A stretch of 64,000 nt of DNA from Octopus sinensis (lineage: Eukaryota). Position numbers and translations under genes: made by a program. Positions 10,017-23,629 of this stretch are shown in pieces. Location of the stretch: NCBI RefSeq assembly GCF_006345805.1, contig NC_043011.1:41366464-41430463 (forward strand). Direction: 5' to 3'. Positions within the stretch are counted from its first letter, which is position 1. Each line of letters begins with the position of its first letter. The notes under the pieces were generated by a model. The model was not told the origin of the DNA, ran no database searches, and was given only the letters and a program-made list of their open reading frames with translations.

Positions 10017-12480
10017 ATACATGATGCGACAATGTCATCAGCCACAGCTACAATCTCACTTGGCTCGCCAGGTCTTTTCAAGCACAGCATATCTCCAAAG
10101 GTCTCGGTCGCTTGTCATTGCCTCTGTGAGGCCCAACGTTCGAAGATCGTGCTTCACCACCTCATCCCAAATCTTCCTGGGTCTACCTCTTCCACAGGTT
10201 CCCTCCATTGTTAGGGTGTGACATTTCTCATACAGCTGCCCTCATCGGTATGCAACACATGGCCATATCAGCGCTGTCGTCTCTCTTGCGCACCACATCT
10301 GATGCTTCTTATGTCCAACTTTTCTCTCAGGGCGCTTACACTTTATCGTGTAAGCAGACTGACATTACACATCCAGCGGAGCATACTAGCTTTATTTCTT
10401 TCAAGCCTATGCATGTCCTCAGCAGCCACAGCCCATGTTTTACTGCCGTGTATCATGGCTGTTCGCACGCATGCATCATACAGTCTACTTTTCACACTGA
10501 ACAAGAGGCCCTTTGTAGCCAGTAGAGGTAGCTCTCTGAACTTTGCCCAGGCTATTTTTATTCTAACAGCTACACTCTCAGAGCATCCACCCCAGCTACA
10601 CTCTCAGAGCATCTACCCCAGTCTTCGACTTGATCACCTAGGTAACGGAAGCTATCAACTACTTCTAGTTTCCCCCCCTGGCATGTGATGGAATCTCTTT
10701 TCTGTACATCTTTGGTGTTTATTGTCCCTGTGCATTTGCGACACATAAAATCTATATTCCCAATTAACATTCCTTTGATATTGTTGCACCTCTTATGTGT
10801 CAGTAGCTTACACTGGGCAAGCCTTTTCTGCAGATCGAGCAGGGCCATCTGCCTGAAGGGATTTATGATTTGTCCGCCTTCCTACTTGCTATGACTTTGG
10901 TTTTTGCTACATTGACTCTAAGGCCCTTCGACTCTAGACCTTGCTTCCACATCTGAAACTTCTCTAGTTCTGGGAGTGATTCAGCTATAAGAACAAGATC
11001 ATCAGCATGGAGGAGCGCCCAGAGGCAGCCTGTCTTGAATTCCTCTGTTATTGCCTGGTGAACTATGATGAACAAGAGGGATCTGAGGACTGATCCTTGG
11101 TGAACCTCTACTTGTACCCTGAATTCATTGCTATACTCATTATCAACCCTCTCCTTACTGACAGCATCCCTGTACATGGCTTGTGCAGCTCTCACCAACC
11201 ACTCATCTATCCCTAGCTTCCACATTGACCACCAGATAAAGGATCAGGGTGGGTGCCTGTCAAAGGCTTTCACTATGTCATCAAAAACCAAGTACAGAGG
11301 TTTATCTTTGGCTCAGAATTTCTCCTGCAGCTGTCTTACCAGAAATATAACATAAGTGGTGCTTCTCCCTGGCACAAACCCAAACTGCATCTCGTCTAAA
11401 CTAACTCTCCCTAATTAGTTGGACTATGACCCTCTCCGTGACTTTCAGCATCTGATCCATCAATTTGATACCCCTAATTATTCCTATCTAAAGCGTCACC
11501 TTTACCTTCGTAGCAGTTGACTATGGTGCCGCTACACCAGTCATTGGGTATGACCCCTTCGTGTATCACCTGATTGACTCTACGGGTGAGTAGGCTATAG
11601 CTGACACCACCAGATATTTTAAGCATCTCTGCGAGGATTCCTGATGGGCTGGGGGATTTCCCTGTCTTCATACCCTTAATTGCTTTATCTACCAAGGTAC
11701 TCTCAAATCGGATAGCTGGTCCCTCTGTTGGGTCGACATTTGACAGACTCTCTTTCTCTCATTCATTCTCTTCAATTAGCAACCTTTCATAGTGGTGTCT
11801 CCAAGTTTCTCCCTTTGCAGCCTCATTAAATGCAAGTGAGCCATTATCCATGCGGACACATTTCTCTGTGACATCACGATTCTCTCACACTGTATTGCAA
11901 TACGAAATACTTCAAGTCTTTCGTCCTCACGGTGCAGAACATAGGCAATTTTTTTTTCTTATCTGCTTCTACTCTGGCTAAGTAAACCTGTCACCTAGCT
12001 TCCTTTCTGGCGATCTGATACAGTTCCCTGCTACCACCGCACTTCCAGCCCTTCCATGGCTGTTTCTTTTCCCTAATGGTCCTGTCAGCTAGATTGTTCC
12101 ACCAGCATGTTACCTTGGGTCGAGAGGGGACTTTACAGCATCCACAGAGTTGGTGAGTAGCCCTCAACAGGTTGTCCCGTAGGAACCCCCAGTTGTCTTC
12201 CACATTATGTGATGCTACATCCTCCTCTTTTTCGTCAAAAGCTTCAAATGATAAGTCTCTAAATCTATGTCCATTTGCAGGATCCTTAAGCTCCCAGACC
12301 CTTCTTTTCCATGCTGGTCGTCTCATGAGCAGTCATTTAGCCCTGATCTTGATATTGCTAACTACTAACCTATTTTGTGGGGTGCATTCTTCACCTAGGA
12401 AAATGTGGGCATTTATAAGTAGTCATCTTTCCCGCTTCCTGGCGAGAATGTTGTCAATCTGACTAGTGTACCCACTGGCA
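10017..12480 (-). mobile_element. RTE-clade LINE, 5'-truncated, frameshifted ORF2
   Basis: Fragments include KAFDR, VHQGSVL..LLFII, LLHADDLVLIAES, VVDSFRYLGDQV and the RGRPRK C-terminus; APE C-terminal residues near 12460. Confidence 0.92.
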
Positions 12481-12879
12481 TATTATATATATATATATTA
12501 TATAAAATTGCACTATCTAATGTGTCCTTCTTTTTTAAGGTACTAGAGTGTGATACGAAGGACATTTGGCTGCTGTTTCCACCAGCTTAAATCCAAATCA
12601 ACAAACCAGGCCCAGAAGACAGGTCTGTCATCAAAAATGTTCCAACCACAAACTTCACATCTTATTTCCAGGGTTTCCAGTCACGACATAAGTCCATCAA
12701 AGACTACATTTCTCCAAGCACATACTCTCATTTCTTTCTCCAATGACAGCTCGGTATGTGCTTTGAAGGAAATTTGGTTTGGGTGCTATTACTAGTAGAA
12801 CAAGTACTTCATGTAGAAGAACAGCAGGCAACCTTTCAGATTTTCGATACAACTGGTAAGACATCAAAACAACATCATC

Positions 12880-13200
12880 ATCAACATCTGTTTTCCACCT
12901 GGTCTGGGTTGGACAGGAGCTGGCAAGGCCGAGAGCCATACCAGGCTCCATTGCTTTGGTATGGTTTCTATAGATAGTTGCCCTTCCTAGCGCCAAACCT
13001 TCATAGTGTACTGGGTGCTTTCTACGTGGCACCAGCACCGATGCTTTTTGTGTGGCATCAGTACCAGCGCTCTTTACATGGCACCATTACTGACAGGGTC
13101 ACCAAATACCTTGCAAGACAAAACAGGCAAAAGCTCCTCAACTGGGAGGGTGGAGTAGTTCTGAGGGGTGGTGGTGGCTTTGTGCCAGATGAGAGATTAA
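12880..13200 (-). mobile_element. Family B retroposon (RTE 3'-UTR/SINE-like)
   Basis: Reverse complement of the GGCGTTAGGAAGGGCA core, with a (GAT)n tail. Confidence 0.7.
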
Positions 13201-13210
13201 ATGTATAGAT

Positions 13211-13433
13211 CAATGGTTCTCAACCGGGGTCCATTTAAGATTTTTGGGGGGTCTACAAAACAAAATAGTAAATTGCGGATCCGCAATAGTATTTTAAGGG
13301 CCCCCTGAAAAAATTTTACTTTTGAAATAGGAATTTTGATAGAAGTTTTTGAACATCGAATGGCTATAAGGGTCCACCAGAATGAAATAGTAATCAAAGG
13401 GGTCCACAGAGAAAAAAATAGTGAAAACCCCTG
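13211..13433. mobile_element. hAT (Charlie/MER5-like) MITE
   Basis: CAATGGTTCTCAACC...GTGAAAACCCCTG termini; degenerate 8-bp TSD GTATAGAT/GTATGGAG. Confidence 0.7.
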
Positions 13434-15243
13434 GTATGGAGGAACAGATTTGCTGAAAGAAATATTTTTAAAAAATGAAAAACATAAGAAAATGTCCCAG
13501 AATCCATAAAACAATTTTTTTTAAAGAAAAACAACAATGTTATATAATATAAATAACCTAAAATTTATTTTAATCCAGAGATTCTAGCAAGAGAAAGAGG
13601 AGGAGAAGGAAATAGGGAGGTGGGGGAGGAGGAAGACCAATTTAAAGAAGAAAACTGCTACAAGTCTGTTACAACCTTCTCAATGTTTTAGATGGTGAAG
13701 GGCCAGGGAAGAAAGGCAGAGTAACATTGAGTGTACCATCATTAGACACAGATAATTATAATAATAATAACAATAATAATAATAATAATAATAATAATAG
13801 TAATAATAATTTTTTACACTGGCACAGAGACCAGGAGTTTGTAGGTGGGGGTGGAGGCAGGGTTAGGTTGAAAATAAAAATACCAAGTGTGGTCCTGGCA
13901 GGATTTGAACTCAGAACATAAAGGGACATAACTCAACTTTCTTTTGAGTCTAATTTAGGCACAGGTTCAGAAATATTTTAGGGCACCTGAAGTCAGTTGA
14001 TTCTAGCAACGCAACGACATTGGGCTGTGACTTCTTGGAAAACAGTCGAAGTTGAAACCACAGCACAGTACAGTTACATCAAAGTACATGCCCATGTTAC
14101 AGCAGTACAATCACAACCTCATTATATGTTCTCAAATAGAAGAGGAAACCAACAAACACAAATTACATTGTAAACACACAAACACAAGGAAAAGCACACA
14201 CAGACATCATTTTCATTTAGCGTCCGTTTTCCATGCTAATATATATATATATATATATATACACAAACATACATACACACATACATATGTATAGAATTTT
14301 TATTAGAAGCAACTCTAATAAGACAAGAATTATTGATGCCACTTATTTAATATGTTTTGATTAAATGCTTTTGGCTGCTGGATTTCATCCAAGAAAAATC
14401 CCTTTATGACATGAAGTTTTCAAAAACACTGAATACCTCAAAACCAGCTAAAATGAATCGCCCAGTAAGTGAACTATTGATATTTTGCTGCGATTTCAGC
14501 TCTTCAGCACCGTACTCCTGAGTCACCTTCAAAACAAATTCAAATCGCTGGTCTGAGGTATATAATAATTTCTTTATTAAAACTTAAGTTAAGAGTTTGT
14601 TATGTAACTCAAGTTTCATGCCACTGCAATCTTCAGGCAGTGGTATGAAAGCTCAAGTCATGAGACAAACTCTCTGCTCCAGTTTCAGTAAAAGAAAAAA
14701 ACATATCTTCTACAACATGTATTGAGCACTCTTTTCTCATTCCTTCAAAATAAAGCAATGTGTATGGATACATACATGTGCATATATATATATATATACA
14801 CACATACAAGCTGCCAAAAGAATGTGTGCACTCTTCAGGAGAGGAAAAGATCTGTATAAATATTAAGTAGCCCTATGAAGATAAATATCTCTTTCAATGT
14901 TTTATCAAATTGCAATAACACCAAATTAAAATATTTATATAGATTTTACTTTTTCTGAAGAGTGTAGACACTTTTTGGGTTGACTTTATAGATATATATA
15001 TATATAATTTATTGTTCCGTTAAGGTAAGATCAACAAAAGTACTCCATCGAGTGAGAGATATCATTTAATGTATGCAGTATAAAGATATGAGCTACTCGT
15101 AGTTTCTTGCATTGGAGACACCAGGCATGTTATAAAAACCTGCCTAGACCCAGGTCTCCAAAGGAAGAAACTATTAGTAGCTTGCATTTTTATAGTGTAC
15201 ATTAAAGGATATATATATATATATATGTATGTATTCATATATA

Positions 15244-15279
<36 letters not shown>

Positions 15280-16079
15280 ATTGTCCAAGATAAACTATTC
15301 CATAGTTTTCCAGCTGATATATTAAATCAAAGCCGTTACTGCTGACATGCGTACACCTCTACTGTCCACATCTCAGATTCCATCCAATGACCACATCCAA
15401 ACTGACCACAACCACCCCATCACACTGAAGAAAACCCCATTGATTCAATCCTGCAGGCTATATCTCACTGACCATAACAGCCCTGTCCACACATTACACC
15501 AGCTACAGGTCAGGGAAATACTCCTGGCCCTCAACCACAACCCTTAACCTAACCAGCCTCAGTTTCAAACTACATAACAATTTAGCTTTTAAGGTTTTCA
15601 GCCCCACCTCCCCTTTTTTTTTACTGTTTTTCTTTCCTTGTTGTTGTTATTGTTACTTTTAAGGGGCAGAAAAAGAGTGAGAAATACATTTGCCCCCTTC
15701 TCCTCTCTCCTCTGCCTATGACCCTTCCAGCTTCTTCATCATCATCATCATCATCATTGTTATTATCATCTACCTCGTTGTCGTCATGATAATCGTGATG
15801 CCGAAGCGAAGGAACAACAAGGTGGGGGTGGGGCAGGAGAGAAAGAAAGAAAGACAGAGGTGGAAGTGATGTTCTGGTGCCAACCCTGGAGCTGTACGGA
15901 CCACAGAAGTTAAAAGTAGGAATCAGTGGCAGAGTGGATCGGGTAAGTCACATTGTCCACATCTGATCAGGAGTTCAAATCCACTTCAAATCCACTCCAA
16001 AAGCAAGACTGTGATTATTATCATTATTATTATTACTATTATTAATATTACTGTTATTGTTATTATTATTGTCATCATC

Positions 16080-16085
16080 TTTATT
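16080..16085 (-). other. Candidate AATAAA polyadenylation signal of TRMT1L
   Basis: First AATAAA on the minus strand about 95 nt after the stop; it lies in low-complexity sequence, so it may be incidental. Confidence 0.3.
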
Positions 16086-16180
16086 ATTAGAAATCATTAT
16101 CATCCCATTCGTCATCATCATCATCATTTTCATTATTATTGTTGTTTTTGTTGTTGTTCTTGTTAATGTTGTTGTTACTA

Positions 16181-16322
16181 TTAAGGCTCTTGTTTACAAT
16201 ACTTCAACAAAGTCCTGTAGATTTCTTTCTGGTTGGCATTAGTTCGGATGCCATAGGTGTCAAATACAGTGCGACTAGCTCGGAAGCCCTCACTTTGGAG
16301 CAGATAAACCATCTTGGACAAT
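16181..16322 (-). CDS. TRMT1L: TRMT1-like tRNA methyltransferase, coding exon 8 (last)
   Basis: Pyrimidine tract + GAAG acceptor; (K)LSKMVYLLQSEGFRASRTVFDTYGIRTNANQKEIYRTLLKYCKQEP*; matches the Trm1 C-terminal GFRVSRTHFDPMGVRT motif (recalled); 142 nt. Confidence 0.92.
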
Positions 16323-16429
16323 CTTCAAGAAAACACACAAAAAAAAATAGAGAAAGGATTAAAAATAACAAAAAATAAAACAAAAAGTGTACAATAATAA
16401 TAACATGTTTTGTCTTGGTACAAAAGATG

Positions 16430-16885
16430 GGCCACAGCAAATATTCTGCTCAATACTACAGATTTGCTTGTCAGTTGTTTGACCTTAACCAGTTGACCAT
16501 GTCCCTTAGTGGCTGACGATATGTGCATCTCTGATCACAAGCAGAAGTAGTGGGGGAGCATCATAGCCATGTGTTGAGAGAGATTCTTTGGGGGCTTGAA
16601 TAATTCACCCCTGTAAACATGGGTGTTTTGCTCATCATCCTTAAACCTTATTCAGGGACCCTTTGAGTGGGATGGCCCACTCAACCTGAAGAAAATTCTA
16701 CCAGGGGCCCACCCGCAAGGTCATGCACTGTTTATCTTGATATGAGATCACCATGCCACACACATATGCTTATGATGCATGTGCCTGGTGTACCCTTATC
16801 AGACGGGTAGTCATGATGGATATATTGGGCTTTGTATATTTGTATCCCAGTGTCATTTTGATGGCATGCACTGCTCTCTCACTCA
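16430..16885 (+). repeat. Probable LINE 3'-end-like interspersed repeat with (AAT)n tail
   Basis: Ends in CTCTCTCACTCAATAATAATAAT; only one copy in the window, family assignment from recall. Confidence 0.35.
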
Positions 16886-16899
16886 ATAATAATAATAAT

Positions 16900-17112
16900 C
16901 CTCTTTAATATAGGCACAACACCTGAAATTTAAGAGATGGGGCTAGTTGATTATGTTGGCCCCAGTGCTCAACTGGTACTTATTCTATCAGCCCTAAAAG
17001 TGAAAGGCAAAGTTGATCTTGGTAGAATTTGAACTCAGAACATAAAGTTGAATGAAATGCCGCTGGACATTTTGCCTGGTGTGCTAACGATTCTGCCAGC
17101 TCGTCACCTTAA
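16900..17112 (-). mobile_element. SINE family C
   Basis: Matches 6981-7195. Confidence 0.8.
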
Positions 17113-17324
17113 TAATAATAATAATAATAATAATTTCTATAACAGGTACAAGTGGCAGAAATTTGACACAAGGTGTGGTAATCAATTAAATCCACCCCAT
17201 GAGGGATGAAAGACAAAGCTGACCACAGTAGGATTTGAACTCAGAATGTGAACAACCTCAAATATATACTGAAATACAAGCCTGATGCTCTAACAGTAAA
17301 GCTGTTTATTTTATTATCTGTTAT

Positions 17325-17705
17325 GTGCAGGCATGGTCATGTGGTAAGAGGTTTTCTTCTCAATCTCATGGTTCTAGGTTCATTTTCACTGTGTGGCACC
17401 TGAGACAAGTGTCTTCATCTATAGCTTCGTGGATTTGGTTGACGGAAACTGAAAGAAGCCAGTCACATATACCTATAAATATGTGCATGTGTGTGTGTGT
17501 GTGTGTTTTCGTGTTTGTGATTGTCCCCCACTGTTTCTTGATAACTGGTGTTGGTGTGTTTATGTCCCACAACTTAGCAGTTCAGCAAAAAAGACATAGA
17601 ATAAGTATCAGGCTGAAAAAAAAAACACTAGGGTCAATTCATTCAACTAAAATTCCCCGAAGATGGTGCCCCAGCATGGCTACTGTCTAGTGACTGAAAC
17701 AAATA
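17325..17705 (+). mobile_element. SINE family A, full length, diverged
   Basis: tRNA-like head, GACAAGTGTCTTC core, (GT)n linker and CCCCAGCATGGC...GACTGAAAC tail. Confidence 0.8.
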
Positions 17706-18169
17706 TATACACACATATATATATATATATATATATATCTGGGTGGTATATAAGGGCCCATATAGTCATTGGATGCTGGTTGGGTGAACACCATACTGGG
17801 CTAAAACTTCCAAAGAGTGACGCAAACCCCAAGTCCTACTTCAACCTCCTCGTGGTACCACAGGGATCTAAACCAACAGGAGAGGATGACTGTGGGAGTC
17901 TTGTGCAATATAACCACGCCACTCTGAGCAGATGTGGCTCATTAGTTATGATTGGCAACCTGCCTAGGAGGACACTCTGAAATAAAACCTATGACCCAAG
18001 GAGCTCTCATCACAGTTTGCTGGGCCACCGCTGGGTCTAAAAGTGTAAAGGGTGGGACCTGTTCTGCACAGACTGCACTTCAACTGTAAGACTTTCTCTT
18101 TATAAATGTCCTGAAATTTGACCCATTTTATTTAAAACATATATATATACATATATATATATTTCGATT

Positions 18170-18780
18170 TCACTTGCCTCAACAAGTCTTCGCAAGCAGA
18201 GTTTAGTGTCCAATGAAGGAAAGGCACACATAAGTGGACTGGTTTCACCCCTGGCATAAGCCACAAGGTTATGTTCTCACTTGGACTTGCCAAGTCTTCT
18301 CAAGCATGAAATCAAATTCAATGACTGTCATCCGTGCTAGTGGAGCGCTAAGAGTACCATACGAGTGAGATCGGGGCCAGAGCAAGAAGCTGCCCTCCAA
18401 GTCGATGGCACATTAAAAACACCATTCGAGCGTGATTGTTACCTGCGTCGCCTTACTACAACTTGTGCTGGTGGCACGTGAAAAAACATTCGAGTGAGGT
18501 CATTGCCAGTGCCGCTGGACTGGTTCCTGTACAGGTGGCACATAAATAGCACCATTTGAATGTGGCCGTTGCCAGTACCGTCTGACTGCCCCTCGTGCCA
18601 GAGGCATGTAAAAGCACCCACTACACTCTCAGAGTGGTTGGCATTAGGAAGGGCATCCAGCTGTAGAAACTCTGCCAGATCAGATTGGAGTCTGGTGCAG
18701 CCATCTGGTTTGCCAGGCCTCAGTCAAATCATCTAACCCATGCTAGCATGGAAAGCGGACGTTAAACGATGATGATATAT
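18170..18780 (+). mobile_element. Family B retroposon with degenerate tandem units
   Basis: GTGGCAC repeats, GGCATTAGGAAGGGCATCCAGCTGTAGAAAC core and GTTAAACGATGATGAT tail. Confidence 0.8.
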
Positions 18781-19275
18781 ATTCTTTTACTTGTTTCAGT
18801 CATTTGACTGTGGCCATGCTGGAGCACCACCTTTAGTTGAACAAATCGACCCCAGGACTTATTCTTTGTAAGTCTAGTACTTTTTCTATCGGTTTCTTTT
18901 GCCAAACCACTAAGTTACAGTGACGTAAACACACCAGCATTGGTTGTTAAGCAAATCCACTAACAAGGCTTTGTTCAGCCCGAGGCTATAGTAGAAGACA
19001 CTTGCCCAAGGTACCACACAGTGGGACTGAACCTGGAACCATGTGGTTGGGAAGCATGCTACTTACCACACAGCTACTCCTGTATATATTTATTCAAATT
19101 TATTCATATACATGACGGCTTCTTTTAGTTTCCGTCTACCAAATCCACAGACAAGGCTTTGGTCAGCCCAGGACTATAGTAGAAGACACTTGTCCAAAGT
19201 GCAGCACAACAGGACTGAACCCAGAACCATATGACTATGAAGCAAACTTCTTAACCACACAGCCACATCCATGCC
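18781..19275 (-). mobile_element. SINE family A, one full copy plus one head fragment
   Basis: Reverse complement of the family A tail (18781), head (19080) and a second head (19105-19275). Confidence 0.8.
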
Positions 19276-19422
19276 TACAATCATCTAATTAATATAATTA
19301 CTGAGAATATTTTGTTTGTTTTTTTACTTGCTTTTGCCAGGTTCTTGCTGTGAACCAGTGTCAGACATAACAACCCCCGTCCAACATACAACAAAATAAT
19401 TAGAGAGAAATTTTTAACTTAC

Positions 19423-20247
19423 TTGGGGAGGAAAACACCTTTGAACTTGCGTTTGTGGATGTTATAGAAAAAGGGTGGCATAGCCAGTACAGGGCTTGGG
19501 TCAGGATCAGGAAGACAAATCCTCTTTATAGGGGGCTCATTGGTGAGATTTTGACAATTTCTCGCACTCCTGTCTACAGCGAAGTCCATTTTCAAGTTGC
19601 CGTGGGGATCGGAAGACGTTGACACGACAGTAACAGACACAGCACCCTTCATGTTGGCCGTCATTTCACTTGCATTGGCGTCGACAATAGCACCATCACC
19701 ATTTCCAATTGCTGAATTCTCAGATGTTGCTGGGCCCACATCAACTGAAGCAGCAGCAGTAGCAGCAGTAGAAGTAGTAGTTGTGGTAGTATTATTATCA
19801 TTATTATTATTATTATTTTTATTATTATTATTATTATTACTTTTATTATTACTATTATTATTTTTGTTGTTGTTGCTGTTGGTTTCTACGTTGTTATCAA
19901 TGGGGTTGCCGGACACAGTCCTTGAGAGTGAGGTGCTTGACGAGGACAGCAAAGAAGCCGCAGGTGCCGATGACGAAGTCTTGCGTTTCAAACTGTTAAG
20001 GGCTGACCTCTCGTTGTGCTGCTGAGCGGACAGTGAAGGATAAGACAACAAGACAGAATGTGACGGTGATGGTGAAGACGAAGACTGGCAATTCTTTGAA
20101 GATGAGCTGGAATCTACAGGACTTGAACTACAAATGCATTCATTAAAAATTGAACTAAGTTGGGCCTCAAGGCGCTCACTGAGTTTCATATCTCTAGCAA
20201 CTGATATCATCTGTTCGACAAACTTGGCATTGAATATGTTATCACAC
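19423..20247 (-). CDS. TRMT1L: TRMT1-like, coding exon 7 with long low-complexity insertion
   Basis: TTTTTGCAG acceptor, GTAAGT donor, 825 nt, phase 2-2; (W)CDNIFNAKFVEQMIS...PPFFYNIHKRKFKGVFLPK, cf. recalled human PPFYYNIHRHSIKGMNMPK. Confidence 0.92.
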
Positions 20248-21282
20248 CTGCAAAAAGAAAGATATTAAAACATTATCTATAAATGTAACAATCTTTTCAA
20301 CTATAGGCACAAGACCTGAAATGTGGGGTGGGGTGGATAGTCGATTACTTCAACCCTAATACATGACTGGTACTTATTTCATTGAACCCTAAAGGATGAA
20401 AAGCAAAGTCAACTTTGCTGGAATGTAGAGATGGATCATCATTATCATCATCCAGTGTTTTAAGTCTGAGTTTTGTCCCTGTTAACAGGGATGGCTGGAT
20501 CTACCCCAATGCCATAGCAACTGAGGCAGGCAGGTGCAGCCCACCCCAACCTTTGGGCTAGCTGGTGCCCATTCTCCCTTGCTATCATACAGCTTTTTTG
20601 AAGCTGGATTTTCTATGGGGAGCATGCCCTTTCTTACCCCTAACCTCAGTTTCAAGACATGCCATCCCAAGACCAAGGCCCCTACCACAATTTTTAAGAA
20701 ATGTGGTAGAAAACTAGCTCAGGAAAGCAGGGACACTACTCCCTGAGACCCCTTTCGGAGCCCCCACTAATGTTGCTAAACATTTCATCCAGCATGTTAA
20801 CGATTCTGCTAGCTCGCAACCTTAACCATGAACATAAAAATGATGGATCCTAATTTAGGCACAAGGTCCATACTTTTGAGTGTACCAGAGTATTTGACTG
20901 CTACTTTCTTTTATTGACACTGGAGAGATGAAATGCAAAACTGATCAGAGCAGGATTTGAACTCAGAATGAAAAGGCCGGATAAAATGGATTTAGAGTCA
21001 AGGCCAGCTATTTTGTGGGGAGGTGCTTAGTCATTACTATTAACCCCTTGGACTGATAGGGTGCTCATTGTTTTATAGAGTGATCTCAATAGGGACCACT
21101 TAAAGTGATCTCAAGACTATAGGGACTAATTCTGTTATACAAAGAAACTTCTTCAATACAATAAGGACCAGCTTGTATTACAAACAGACCTCTTTATAGT
21201 AAGGACTACTTTGTTTCAGAACCAGAGCTAAATCCTTCATGAAACTACAAAGAACCCCCAAAGAGTTTGAATATGTACTTAC

Positions 21283-21361
21283 CACATGGGGCCAAGTTTT
21301 AATGCTGTTTTACCAGGAGTTTCTGATTGACAATCACAAGGAAGAAGATCATAGAGGTTTT
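21283..21361 (-). CDS. TRMT1L: TRMT1-like, coding exon 6
   Basis: TTTGTAG acceptor, GTAAGT donor, 79 nt; (E)NLYDLLPCDCQSETPGKTALKLGPM(W), cf. recalled human [21 protein letters not shown]. Too short to appear in the ORF track. Confidence 0.93.
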
Positions 21362-21899
21362 CTACAAAGCAAAAATTAAATTGAATTTAATTTAAATAAA
21401 TAAATAAACAACAAAACAGTGGGTGGGGCCATAACTGGTCGTGGGGTCAAGATATACTGTACTTCTGACCACAAGGTCACATGTTCACATCTTAATACAA
21501 CTCTTCTTCTTGTCATGAGACCCACACCAAAACACCAAATCTCTTGCTTTTTCCAGTTTCTATAACTGAACTATAGAAGCAATCATTCGCTGACAAAGAA
21601 TTGGATGGCCCATATATATATATAAACATATACACACATATACACACACATATATACATACAGAATATGGGGTTTAGTTCACTAGTAATCTAAACTAATA
21701 GGGTTCCAAGCTCGTAACTGAGATGAGAGCTATGGATCCATTTTATGCTCCTGATTTACCAGTTATATATTTGTGAAAGAGGACAACAAACAACAAGGCA
21801 TAACAAGCATCTCAGTAATAACATATGACTTGAGATGCTTGTTATGCCTTGGTATTTGTTGTCCCCTTTCACAAATATATCCCCCAAAAGATCCATACT

Positions 21900-22140
21900 C
21901 TGCAACAGAAGAGTTAAGATCAGTCCCCCACCCCAGTGATGTGGATTAACTTGCAAGAGTCTTGTACTAGTGCCACGTAAAAAGCGTCCATGCAATGCCA
22001 TGAAAAAGAGCCTGTGTGGTGCCACATAAAAGTAGAGCCTGTATAGTGCACGCAGCACCCACTGTAAAGTGGTTGGCATTAGGAAGGGCATCCAGCCATA
22101 GAAACCATGCCAAATCAGAAAGGAGTCTGGTGCAGCAAAG
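21900..22140 (+). mobile_element. Family B fragment
   Basis: GGCATTAGGAAGGGCATCCAGCCATAGAAACC core. Confidence 0.7.
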
Positions 22141-22599
22141 GGAGAAGGGATAAATTTTGTGAAAAGGTGGTAATGGAGAGAATAAGGAAGGGCAGTGTTG
22201 GGAGTGGAAATAAAGGAGACAGAGGAAGAGGGAAGAGTAATATCAGGGGTTTGTGTGGAGGAGAGGGGACAAAGTAATAATGGGGTGGCTTCACTAGGTG
22301 GCCCCAGCCATAGGGTAAGCCAGTCATACGCTGGTAGGACAGACAGATATCCCTGCCAGCATATGTTGCGCAATTCATTTTAAAGCCCAAGACTTGTGAT
22401 GGGTCCCTGTGACGGGATGGGTTAGTCCATCTACCATGCCAACATGAGTTGGATGGCTTGTTAGGGTCCTAGCCCTTATAGTTATATAAATCTATATGGT
22501 TTCAGTGCCTTCCCTTTCTTACACTACAGAAACAAAGTATCTTGTCCACGCACATCTACACATACAGAGACAGACACGATAAACAATGAAGATACTTAC

Positions 22600-22790
22600 C
22601 AACACTTGCCCGCATTTCAGGACAAAAAGCTCTCTCTTCACAGATCTGACAGTGTATTAGAGGACGGACTTTCAGAGAGCACATGTCTGCATAATAGGGA
22701 CCACGCTGCACTTTAATTACAACCAACACAAATGGCTCGACGCACACGCCAAACATCACCTGGATACCTTTGCTGCATTTTGCTGCAGAT
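22600..22790 (-). CDS. TRMT1L: TRMT1-like, coding exon 5
   Basis: TTTCTCTAG acceptor, GTAAGT donor, 191 nt; SAAKCSKGIQVMFGVCVEPFVLVVIKVQRGP...LIHCQICEERAFC, with the CxxC motif. Confidence 0.93.
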
Positions 22791-23074
22791 CTAGAGAAAT
22801 AATTACACAGAAATATCTATCATTAAGAAGGAATTTAAATATATAAATGCTGAAAAAAGGTGTTAATTCAAGGAGAGAGAGTAAAACAGAGTGAGAGAGC
22901 CAAACAGATAGAAGGAGCAAAAGAGAGAGAGAAAACAGTGAGAGAGAGAGAGACAGAGCAAAAGAGAGAGAGACCCAAAATGATTTCAAATTTTGGTACA
23001 TGGTTAGCAATTCTGGGAGCAGGGATGTGTTAATTACATCGAACCCCCCCCCCCCCCCCCCGTGTTCAACTGCT

Positions 23075-23215
23075 TCTAATTTTTTCGACCCTGAAAGAAT
23101 GAAAGGCAAAGTTGACATTGGCAGAATTTGAACTCAGAATATAAAGACAGACTAAATGCTGCTAAGTATTTTGTCCAGCACGCTAACGATTATGCCAGTT
23201 TGTCGTCTTACCCAA
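23075..23215 (-). mobile_element. SINE family C
   Basis: GAAAGGCAAAGTTGACATTGGCAGAATTTGAACTCAGAA on the plus strand. Confidence 0.8.
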
Positions 23216-23629
23216 AATATTGTAATTTAAAGAGACTCTAAACGGTGGCGCCGGTGGTGATATGCGTGTGTGTGTGTGTGTGTGTGTGTGTATAAAATGT
23301 TAACGACGGTGATATAATGGTGATGGAGGGGCGAGGGTGCAAAATCTACTTTTGTTTCCGCCTCCCCCATCCTTCTCTGGCCATAGTCCTGTAGAGATTC
23401 GCTGCTTTAGTTTCCGTTGGTTTCGGTTTTTCCCCCACAGGTAAATGTTGCATTAGCAAAGTTACCTCCCTTGAAATACTTGAGCTCTTTTGTTCAACCA
23501 ACTGAGCTGCCAACACATTTAATATCTAATAAATACATAAACGGCTGAGTATTCCATTGATATGTGTACTCTTAAACTATAGGTACAATTCACTCAACAC
23601 GTTTCTGCACAAGTTCCAGCAATCCAATT

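Noticed and set aside
19597-20025. Plus-strand hydrophobic ORF with poly-Leu/Val (also 53805-54203)
   Set aside because: These are antisense shadows of the AAT/AAC/ACT repeats in TRMT1L exons 7 and 1.
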